From the NCBI GenBank assembly GCA_016718875.1, contig JADKBL010000014.1, positions 6,524-70,523 of the forward strand: 64,000 nt of DNA, given 5' to 3'. Each line of letters opens with the position of its first letter. The first letter of the stretch is position 1. The notes below the pieces were generated by a model, which was not told the origin of the DNA, searched no databases, and saw only the letters and a list, made by a program, of their open reading frames with translations. Positions 8,000 to 16,728 of the stretch are shown piece by piece. This DNA is from Bacteroidota bacterium. Lineage in GTDB: Bacteria; Bacteroidota; Bacteroidia; Bacteroidales; VadinHA17. The translations under genes were made by a program, and so were the position numbers.

Positions 8000-9946
8000 A
8001 TGATCGACCGCCCCACCATAGATCGTATACTCGATGCTGCTCATATAGTTGATGTGGTTGGTGAGTTTGTGCAGTTAAAGAAGAGGGGAGTCAACTTCCT
8101 TGGATTATGTCCGTTTCACAATGAAAAGACCCCTTCGTTCACTGTTTCACCGGCGAAAGAGATATTCAAATGCTTTGGCTGCGGGAAAGTAGGCAACTCC
8201 GTAAATTTTGTAATGGAGCATGAGCACCTCACCTACCCGGAAGCACTGAAATACCTCGCAAAGAAATACCATATTGAGGTAATTGAGAAGGAACTCACAA
8301 AAGAGGAGCTTGAGAAACAGAATGAGAGAGAGAGCCTGCTTGTTGTAACGGCATATGCTGCCAGGCAATTTTCTGAAAACCTCTTCAATACTGATGAAGG
8401 AATAACGGTTGGTCTTACTTATTTCAAGGAGAGAGGATTCAGGCAGGATACTCTTAAAAAATTTGAGCTCGGCTACAGCTTTGAAAAACGCGATGCTTTA
8501 TCAAAAAAGGCACTTGAGGATGGTTACCGGCAGGATTATCTAGTAAAAACTGGTCTCTCCATTCAGAATGAAGACCGCATCTTCGACAGGTTCAGCGGAA
8601 GGGTTATGTTCCCGATACACTCACTGTCTGGGCAGGTCTTAGGGTTCGGCGGGAGGATACTGAAGACTGACGTCAAGACTGCCAAATACCTGAACTCACC
8701 CGAGTCGGAAATATACCACAAGAGCAGGATCCTCTACGGGATGTTCCAGGCAAGAAAGGCTATATCGCAGGAAGAGAGATGCTACCTTGTTGAAGGATAT
8801 ACCGATGTAATGTCGCTACACGAGGCAGGCATTGAGAATGTTGTTGCCTCATCGGGAACATCGCTCACCCAGGAACAGGTAAAGCTTATAAAAAGATTCA
8901 CTCCTAATATTACAATACTTTATGATGGTGATTCTGCCGGTATAAAGGCTTCAATACGGGGAATTGACATAGTGCTTGAAGAGGGTATGAATGTCAAGAT
9001 AGTACTACTGCCCGATGGCGAGGATCCCGATTCATATTCGAAGAAGGTGAGCAATGAGGAGTTCAAACAGTTCCTCCATAAAAATGAAACCGATTTCATC
9101 CGTTTCAAGACACAGCTGCTGATGTCGGAGGCTAACAATGATCCGGTAATGAAGGCGAATCTTATCAGGGATATTGTAAAGTCAATTGCAGTCATTCCTG
9201 AAGCTATCAACCGTACTGTATATATAAAGGAATGCAGCACTGTTCTTGAGGTTGCAGAGCCGATACTCTACAATGAAGTTAACAAGCTCAGGGCACAGAA
9301 GAACTTCCAGGACAGGAATAAGTATCCCGCTGCTGAAGATCTTCCTGTTAAGCCTCTTCCTGTTATAAAACAGGTAAGACAGGAACCTGTTTCATTTTAC
9401 TCTGAGAGGGAGGTAATCCGACTTCTCCTGAAATTCGGAAGTACTGAATTTGAAAAAGTCATAAACAAGGAAGACGGCAGGGAAGAGATCATAACAGTTG
9501 CTGATTATATTGTAAGGGAAATTACATCTGATGAGCTTGATTTCAACGACAGGGTCTGCGCAAAAATTTTCGCCGATTTCAGGTTTCACAGTGAGCAGGG
9601 GCTTATAACAGGCGACAGTCTGTTTGTGAAGCATGAAGACCCTGAAATATCAAGCCTGTCGGCCGATCTGCTTTCCGACTCGCATGAGCTGAGCAGCATA
9701 TGGAAGGAGAAGCAGACCTATGTTGAGACGGAGGATATGAAGCTGAAGGAGATTGTCAGCGATGCCGTGCTCAAGTTCAAAAGCGATAAGATTAACATCC
9801 TGAGGAAGGAGATTATGCTTCAGCTTGAGGAGGCAGTAAAAGCAAACGATACGGAACGAAGCATATTACTTCAGAAGAGATATGCCAATCTGAGTGTTGC
9901 TCTCGGGCTGATTTCGAAAAAGCTTGGAGGAAGAATTTTACTATAA
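8000..9946 (+). CDS. dnaG: DNA primase
   Basis: Zinc ribbon CPFHNEKTPSFTVSPAKEIFKCFGCG and Toprim region YLVEGYTDVMSLHEAG...LYDGDSAGIKA. Confidence 0.95.
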   Translation: MIDRPTIDRILDAAHIVDVVGEFVQLKKRGVNFLGLCPFHNEKTPSFTVSPAKEIFKCFGCGKVGNSVNFVMEHEHLTYPEALKYLAKKYHIEVIEKELTKEELEKQNERESLLVVTAYAARQFSENLFNTDEGITVGLTYFKERGFRQDTLKKFELGYSFEKRDALSKKALEDGYRQDYLVKTGLSIQNEDRIFDRFSGRVMFPIHSLSGQVLGFGGRILKTDVKTAKYLNSPESEIYHKSRILYGMFQARKAISQEERCYLVEGYTDVMSLHEAGIENVVASSGTSLTQEQVKLIKRFTPNITILYDGDSAGIKASIRGIDIVLEEGMNVKIVLLPDGEDPDSYSKKVSNEEFKQFLHKNETDFIRFKTQLLMSEANNDPVMKANLIRDIVKSIAVIPEAINRTVYIKECSTVLEVAEPILYNEVNKLRAQKNFQDRNKYPAAEDLPVKPLPVIKQVRQEPVSFYSEREVIRLLLKFGSTEFEKVINKEDGREEIITVADYIVREITSDELDFNDRVCAKIFADFRFHSEQGLITGDSLFVKHEDPEISSLSADLLSDSHELSSIWKEKQTYVETEDMKLKEIVSDAVLKFKSDKINILRKEIMLQLEEAVKANDTERSILLQKRYANLSVALGLISKKLGGRILL

Positions 9947-9951
9947 AAATT

Positions 9952-10067
9952 GTTACACAGAGATCCACAGAGAAGACACAAAGTGACACAGAGAATTTTA
10001 TACCTCAGTGTTTCTCTGTGTAAGCCTGAACGCGAAGCAGTGAAGGCCTCTGTGTTTCTCCGTGTAA
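9952..10067. repeat. CACAGAG-word inverted-repeat element, copy 2 (variant ends)
   Basis: ttacacagag...gacacagagaa on the left and tcagtgtttctctgtgtaa / cctctgtgtttctccgtgtaag on the right. It lies directly after the dnaG stop. Confidence 0.65.
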
Positions 10068-10115
10068 GTTCTAAATAAAATACCATCTTCAGATTTGAGT
10101 ATTGAGATTTATTCC

Positions 10116-10123
10116 TAATTTTG
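10116..10123 (+). promoter_or_regulatory. -7 box TAATTTTG
   Basis: Exact TAnnTTTG 21 nt upstream of the ATG at 10144. Confidence 0.4.
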
Positions 10124-10143
10124 ATATAACTAATATTAAAGGT

Positions 10144-11043
10144 ATGAAGCAGCTTCTTTCGGGTTTGGCACTATTTTCAATGCTTATAGTTATATCATGT
10201 AAGCAGGGACCAAAGGAGAAAGAACCATTCGTTCCTTCATTTTCAACTTACAAAAACAATGCTGATTCGGCTGCCCCTGCAGAGAAGAATGAGATTTTCT
10301 ACGGGATTCTTACACCGGTTGAGATATGCGGGATATTCAACAGGCTTGGCGTACCCTACTCCGATGCCACTCTTAATCCAACCTCAAACCGCGATCTCTA
10401 CCTTAGCAACTCAAAAGCTTCAATAAACACAGGCATTTACGGGGTGGATTTCGGTTACCTTAAAATATTCGGCATTGGACAGGAGATGATTGACTACATG
10501 GTCACAATCAGGGAGATGAGTAATAAGCTTGGAATACCCGATCATTTTCTTACTGAGCCAATTAAAAAGATGCAGTCGGATATGGCGGAGCCCGACACCA
10601 TTATGAAGCTCATGAATGAAGCTTTCAACAAGATGGAGAACCATCTCCGTACCGGAGGCAGGGAGAGCACTGCCGGGCTGATGGTCCTTGGCGGATGGGT
10701 TGAGGCGATGTATATCTCAACACAGCTGGTATACGATCCCGCCAAACCCGATCCGGAAGTGATTCAGAAGATCGCCGAACAGAAATACACTCTTACAACG
10801 CTTCTCAGTTTCCTTAAGAACTATTACGATGATCCAGTTGTAGTCTACTATACCAAAAAACTAAAATACCTGAAGCACTATTTCGATGCCTTCGATATTT
10901 ACTTCAAAAAAGGTGATCTGGAAATTGACAGGAACAAACAGGTCTTGCGCTCATCAGGCAGCGAAATGACTGTCACTATTGAGACACTCAACCAGATCAG
11001 AGACTATGTTAGTAAGCTGAGGACGGAGATGGTAACGCCATAA
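10144..11043 (+). CDS. hypothetical lipoprotein
   Basis: MKQLLSGLALFSMLIVISC lipobox at the ATG 10144 (the track TTG at 10102 is rejected). The sequence looks helical and has no recognised domain. It sits upstream of the A2M gene. Confidence 0.6.
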   Translation: MKQLLSGLALFSMLIVISCKQGPKEKEPFVPSFSTYKNNADSAAPAEKNEIFYGILTPVEICGIFNRLGVPYSDATLNPTSNRDLYLSNSKASINTGIYGVDFGYLKIFGIGQEMIDYMVTIREMSNKLGIPDHFLTEPIKKMQSDMAEPDTIMKLMNEAFNKMENHLRTGGRESTAGLMVLGGWVEAMYISTQLVYDPAKPDPEVIQKIAEQKYTLTTLLSFLKNYYDDPVVVYYTKKLKYLKHYFDAFDIYFKKGDLEIDRNKQVLRSSGSEMTVTIETLNQIRDYVSKLRTEMVTP

Positions 11044-11154
11044 AGGACGCCGGCTTGGCGGCTACGGCGAGGTGAGCCGATTGCGGGTTGCCGGATGACG
11101 GTCTCCTTTTTTTTCGTAAATTAGTTCCGCATTGTGAAATCAATATTCCCGGTT

Positions 11155-14100
11155 ATGAAATACCTGAAAATCATTGCTGTTTTTCTGTTAATCCTTGTTG
11201 TTGCTTCATGCGGAAAAAAGGAGAAAAAATTACCACAGGCCCTTAAAAAACTTACACACCAGGAGGTTCCTGCTCCTATTCCCGTCGATAAGGGTTTTTC
11301 ACAATTTATAGAGGGATACACTTCCGGAATAGTTTCTGCAAACGCCTCAATTGAGATCAGGTTCACCCCTGAATTTGCTGCAACAGCAAATAAAAATGCT
11401 ACCCAGTTGTTTTCCTTCGACCCTAATATCAAGGGAAAAACAGAATGGAAAAATGAGACCACGCTTATACTTACTCCTGCCCGGCCTCTTGACGCCGGAA
11501 AAATATATACAGGTACTCTTGCGATAGGGAAGCTGGCAGTGATCGATGAAAGATTTAAATTATTTCCTTTAAGGATACAGGTTCTCCGAAAGGATTTCAG
11601 GGTAATAACAGGTGTCCTTGAATGTGACCCGGAGAAAGAAAACAGCTATATACTTCAAGGCGAGATTGCCGCATCAGATTTTATTGATCCATCGGAAACA
11701 GAGAAATTTATTGAGGCTAAACTCGGAAAAAAGAAGCTCGGAATTACATGGGATCACTCCGATAACCTGCTCCATAAGTTCACAATTAATGGTATTATCA
11801 GGGAGGTCAAAGAACAGTTCCTGACAATTGAATGGGATGGATCAAAAGGCGGTATAAATCAGGCCGGATCAAAATCTGTTATTGTACCACCAACAGATTA
11901 TTTCGATGTAATTGATATTGTAAAGTATCCCGGAGCCAGTCCCAGAATAGATGTCGTCTTTTCCGATCCTGTTGATGCCTTACAGGACCTGAACGGACTT
12001 GTTCATTTATATCCATGGAAAGAAGTTAAGACAAGCGTTCAGTCAAACATCATCACCCTTTATCCATCGGATGACCTTACCGGAGAACTTACACTTAATA
12101 TTGAATCCTCAGTAAAAAACAACAAAGGGATATTATTAGGGGAACCTTTTCAGAGAGTCCTCGACTTTACCCAGGTTCCTCCGGGGATAATGATAGAAGG
12201 CAAAGGGGCAATCCTGCCTTCATCACAAAACCTGATCCTGCCATTTAAAGCAGCCAACCTCAGGGCTGTTGACCTGAAGATCATCAGGATTTTTGAAAAT
12301 AACCTGCCATATTTCCTGCAGGAGAACGACATTGACCAGGGGTACTCCGTAAAGCGCTTCGGACGACCTGTCTATTCGGGAAGATTTGATCTTATCTCAG
12401 GATCCGGGACAAATACCGGCACCTGGAATCTTTATACAATCAATCTTGCTGACTATATAAATGTTGAACCAGGGGTTCTTTACAAGGTCGTATTAAGCAT
12501 GAGGAAGTCTTATTCCCTTTATCCCTGCAAAGAGAGCGAGGAGAAGAGCAATTATGAAGAACTTCTTGATATCTCCGAGCAGCAGTCGAAAGAATTCTGG
12601 GATGACCCTGATAACTACTATGAAGACAATAATGATAATGTCTACTATTCTTACGGATTTTCATGGGAGGATCGTGATGACCCCTGCAAGGATGCATATT
12701 TCAGTCCCGATAAAAAGGTAACAAGAAACATTCTCGCCTCTAACTTCGGCATCATAGCAAAGAAGGGAGCCGATAATGTTTTGCATGTAATGGTAAATGA
12801 CCTGCTAACAGCGCTTCCGGTAAATGAGGCTGCTATAGATGTCTATGATTACCAGCTTCAGCTGATCACATCCGGCAATACCAGCCCCGAAGGCTCCGTT
12901 GCAATTCCCTGTGAGAGGAAACCTTTCCTCATCATTGCCAAAAAAGATAAAGACCGCAATTACCTGAAAGTAAATGACGGATCATCACTCTCACTCAGCT
13001 CATTTGACGTAACAGGAACAGCTCCTGAAAATGGCATCAAGGCATTTGTTTACGGGGAAAGGGATGTGTGGAGACCCGGAGATTCTATATTCCTTTCAAT
13101 ATTTATCAAGGAGATGAAAAAGGATCTGCCTTCAGGACATCCTGTTCAGTTCGAGCTTGTCAATCCCCAGGGACAGAAAGTTGATAACCAGGTTCAGATG
13201 GCAGAAGGAAAGAATCTCCTGGTTTTTTCCACAAAAACTTCACTGGATGCAGCAACAGGTAATTATACCGCAAATTTCAGGATAGGCGGAGCAACATTTA
13301 CAAAACGGGTAAGGGTTGAAACGATCAAGCCCAACAGGCTCAAAATAAATCTCGCCTTCGACGGCAATATACTCGGCGGATCAAAACAGTCATCAAGGGG
13401 AACTCTGAATGTTAAATGGCTGAACGGATCTGTTGCCAGAAACCTGAAATCGTCAGTTGACTATATTCTTAAAAAGACAACCACAGTATTTGACAAGTAC
13501 AAACAATACAATTTCGATGATCCCGTAAGCGAATTCTATGCTGAAACGGTAAACATCTACAATAATGAGATTGACGGAAATGGAAATGCTTCCCTTAACT
13601 TTAATCCTGGTAGCGATATGGTTGCCCCGGGAATGCTCAATGTCGTATTTACTGCAAAGGTTTCTGAAAAGGGAGGCGATGAGAGCATAACCCAGGCTAC
13701 ATACAAATATGCACCTTACAGTGTCTTTGCGGGAATCAGCCTTCCCGGACTTCAGGGAAAGAGCAGGATGCTCTACACCGATGAGGACAATGTTGTTAAA
13801 ATTGTAACAGTAGATGAAGAAGGAAATCCGGTGAGGTCGGAGGTTGAGATCAACATCTACAAGATCTCGTACAGATGGTGGTGGGAATCGAATGAAGAGG
13901 ATCTCGGCTATTACATTTCAAACAATGTCTATAAGCCGGTAATCAGCGAAAAAATCACTACAAAGAACGGGGAAAGCTCATTTGACTTCAGGATCGGCAA
14001 AAATGACTGGGGAAGATACCTTATCAGAGTAACGACTGCAGAAGGTCATTCCACAGGAAAAATACTTCTTATTGACTGGCCCTGGGAATATGGTATGAAA

Positions 14101-16728
14101 GGCAACACCGAGGGAGCAACACTTCTTGCAATAAATACAGATAAAGAGAAATATGCTCCGGGTGATGAGATAAAAATCTCATTCCCATCCCCTGAAAACG
14201 CCAGGGCAATTATCACCCTTGAAAATGCCACAGGTGTTCTTGAGGAGATAAGGACAGCAACCGAAAAAGGAAATACAGTTGTAAAATTCCCAGCTAAACC
14301 GGAGATGGCGCCCAATATCTATGCCTATGTAACAGTGATACAGCCTCATGCCCAGACTGTGAATGACATGCCTGTCAGGCTCTATGGGGTTGTTCCCTTG
14401 ATGGTAGAGGATCCTGATACCAGGCTGCTGCCGGAAATTGAGATGAGTGATGAACTACGATCCCAGAAACCATTCATGGTCAAAGTCAGCGAGACCAACA
14501 AAAAGGCAATGAACTATACTCTGGCAGTTGTTGATGAAGGCCTGCTCGATATCACCGGTTTCAGGACACCCGACCCTTGGAAATACTTCTTTGCGCGTGA
14601 AGCGCTCGGAGTAATGACCTGGGACCTCTACGACCTTGTACTTGGTTCGTACGGTGGAACCCTCGACAGACTTTTTGCCGTAGGTGGAGACGAAGCCCTG
14701 ATTGACAGGTCTGCAGGCAAGGCACAGCGATTTGTGCCTGCAGTCAGGTTCATGGGACCATTCCATCTTGAACCCGGAAAAACTAATACACACCCTGTTG
14801 TTCTTCCTCAGTACACCGGATCGGTAAAAACGATGGTTATTGCCGGAAGTGATAATGCTTTTGGTTTTGCTGAAAAATCTTCCTTTGTAAAGGATCCTCT
14901 TATGTTACTGGCAACAGCCCCTAGAACAATCAGTCCGGGTGATAAAGTGGCCCTTCCTCTTACATTCTTCATACAGAAAGAGGGAATTAAAGAAATTAAG
15001 GTTACAGCCTCCTCGAATGAGCTTGTGAGCTTTAGCGGGAAGACAAAGGATATTTCAGTAACAGGAACTGAAGAGGAGAGCGAATTATACTTTACTGCCG
15101 GAGAAAAAACCGGGATTGCAAGGATAAACATAACTGCTGAAGGAGGAGGAGAAACAGCAACTTATGCTATGGAAATAGAAGTGAGAAGTCCCAATCCTCC
15201 TGAGGTTCGTTCTGAACTGAAAATTATACGGCCGGGTGAAAAATGGGAAACCAAATTCAGGCCCTTCGGCATTGAAGGAACAAGTTCGGCAAATCTTTCA
15301 GTTTCATCCCTGCCTTCAATCAATCTTGAAAAAAGACTCGATTATCTTGTCAGTTATCCCCATGGCTGTTCGGAACAGATCACCTCGGCTGCCTTCCCTC
15401 AGCTCTGGATAAAAGAGATATCAGGAGGAGATGCAAATATGGTTAAGAAGGCATCGGTGAATGTCGTAAAAGCAATCGATGAGATTGTCTCAAGGCAGAT
15501 GGTAAATGGTGGAATTGCCTTATGGCCGGGAGCAAATCAGCCCGATAACTGGGTAACCTCCTATGCCGGACACTTTATGTTTGAGGCAGAGCGTAAGGGT
15601 TACAGCATTCCGTCAGGTTTCAGGCAGAAATGGATCTCCTACCAGAAGGCAAGGAGCCTTGACTGGAGATATGATCCGAAATTCAGGCAGACATCAAACG
15701 ACCAGGCTTACAGGCTGTTCACACTCGCTCTTGCAGGTCAGTCTGAAAAGCCGGCAATGAACAGGCTCAGGGAAACCGAGGGCATCCCCGACCTCTCACG
15801 ATGGTTTCTTGCTGCAGCATTTGCCACTACCGGTCGCCGCGAAATTGCCGATATTCTCCTTGATATGAGAAATCTCTCAATTGTACCGGAATTCCAGGAT
15901 TTCTATTACGGTAGCGATATCAGGGATAAGGCTGTGATACTTTATACACTTACACTTCTGAATAAAAATGAAGAGGCACTGCCCCTCCTAAAAGAGATCT
16001 GTGATAATCTCAGCACCGACTCATGGTATAGTACCCAGTCAGTTGCCTGGGGATTATTCTCATATATGAAATGGGCGGAAAAGATGTCATCAGGTTCAAA
16101 TACGCCAGCCATTCTGAATACTGTAATTAACGGAGGGAAAAACGATCTGACAATTCAGCCCGGGAAAATGTGGTCGGCCGATCTTAAAATCAAACAGGGA
16201 GATAATTCACTTGCAGTTGAAAACAAATCAGGCGATCCTGTTTATGTAACTCTTACAATGAAGGGGATCCCATTGTTATCGGATCAGGTGAAGTCGGAAA
16301 AAGGGATGACAATGAAGGTTGATTATGTAACAACCGATCTGAGACCGGTTGATCCTAAAAACCTTAAACAGGGCTCAGATTTTATGATGGTTGTAAAAGT
16401 CACAAATACTTCATTCACAAAAGTTGATAACATTGCCCTTGCATGCATGGTTCCTTCGGGCTGGGAGATACAGAATACCCGTCTGTTTGAAACTGTCACA
16501 GGTATAAAGGAGAGCAGCTATGATTACCGTGATTTCAGGGATGACAGGGTAAATACTTATTTCTCCCTTCAGAGAGGCGAAACAAAGAGTTTTGTGATGG
16601 TGCTTACCGCAGCCTACAAGGGTGAATACAGGCAACCTTCAGTATGGTGTGAAGCAATGTACAATGCAGGTTATTACTCAAGGCAACCCGGAAATACAGT
16701 AACTGTTGCAGGAGATAATATTGAATAG
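11155..16728 (+). CDS. bacterial alpha-2-macroglobulin family lipoprotein (YfhM-like, thioester type)
   Basis: MKYLKIIAVFLLILVVASC lipobox and a length of about 1850 aa. A CxEQ thioester motif GCSEQ lies at 15367-15378. pbpC is immediately downstream. Confidence 0.85.
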   Translation: MKYLKIIAVFLLILVVASCGKKEKKLPQALKKLTHQEVPAPIPVDKGFSQFIEGYTSGIVSANASIEIRFTPEFAATANKNATQLFSFDPNIKGKTEWKNETTLILTPARPLDAGKIYTGTLAIGKLAVIDERFKLFPLRIQVLRKDFRVITGVLECDPEKENSYILQGEIAASDFIDPSETEKFIEAKLGKKKLGITWDHSDNLLHKFTINGIIREVKEQFLTIEWDGSKGGINQAGSKSVIVPPTDYFDVIDIVKYPGASPRIDVVFSDPVDALQDLNGLVHLYPWKEVKTSVQSNIITLYPSDDLTGELTLNIESSVKNNKGILLGEPFQRVLDFTQVPPGIMIEGKGAILPSSQNLILPFKAANLRAVDLKIIRIFENNLPYFLQENDIDQGYSVKRFGRPVYSGRFDLISGSGTNTGTWNLYTINLADYINVEPGVLYKVVLSMRKSYSLYPCKESEEKSNYEELLDISEQQSKEFWDDPDNYYEDNNDNVYYSYGFSWEDRDDPCKDAYFSPDKKVTRNILASNFGIIAKKGADNVLHVMVNDLLTALPVNEAAIDVYDYQLQLITSGNTSPEGSVAIPCERKPFLIIAKKDKDRNYLKVNDGSSLSLSSFDVTGTAPENGIKAFVYGERDVWRPGDSIFLSIFIKEMKKDLPSGHPVQFELVNPQGQKVDNQVQMAEGKNLLVFSTKTSLDAATGNYTANFRIGGATFTKRVRVETIKPNRLKINLAFDGNILGGSKQSSRGTLNVKWLNGSVARNLKSSVDYILKKTTTVFDKYKQYNFDDPVSEFYAETVNIYNNEIDGNGNASLNFNPGSDMVAPGMLNVVFTAKVSEKGGDESITQATYKYAPYSVFAGISLPGLQGKSRMLYTDEDNVVKIVTVDEEGNPVRSEVEINIYKISYRWWWESNEEDLGYYISNNVYKPVISEKITTKNGESSFDFRIGKNDWGRYLIRVTTAEGHSTGKILLIDWPWEYGMKGNTEGATLLAINTDKEKYAPGDEIKISFPSPENARAIITLENATGVLEEIRTATEKGNTVVKFPAKPEMAPNIYAYVTVIQPHAQTVNDMPVRLYGVVPLMVEDPDTRLLPEIEMSDELRSQKPFMVKVSETNKKAMNYTLAVVDEGLLDITGFRTPDPWKYFFAREALGVMTWDLYDLVLGSYGGTLDRLFAVGGDEALIDRSAGKAQRFVPAVRFMGPFHLEPGKTNTHPVVLPQYTGSVKTMVIAGSDNAFGFAEKSSFVKDPLMLLATAPRTISPGDKVALPLTFFIQKEGIKEIKVTASSNELVSFSGKTKDISVTGTEEESELYFTAGEKTGIARINITAEGGGETATYAMEIEVRSPNPPEVRSELKIIRPGEKWETKFRPFGIEGTSSANLSVSSLPSINLEKRLDYLVSYPHGCSEQITSAAFPQLWIKEISGGDANMVKKASVNVVKAIDEIVSRQMVNGGIALWPGANQPDNWVTSYAGHFMFEAERKGYSIPSGFRQKWISYQKARSLDWRYDPKFRQTSNDQAYRLFTLALAGQSEKPAMNRLRETEGIPDLSRWFLAAAFATTGRREIADILLDMRNLSIVPEFQDFYYGSDIRDKAVILYTLTLLNKNEEALPLLKEICDNLSTDSWYSTQSVAWGLFSYMKWAEKMSSGSNTPAILNTVINGGKNDLTIQPGKMWSADLKIKQGDNSLAVENKSGDPVYVTLTMKGIPLLSDQVKSEKGMTMKVDYVTTDLRPVDPKNLKQGSDFMMVVKVTNTSFTKVDNIALACMVPSGWEIQNTRLFETVTGIKESSYDYRDFRDDRVNTYFSLQRGETKSFVMVLTAAYKGEYRQPSVWCEAMYNAGYYSRQPGNTVTVAGDNIE

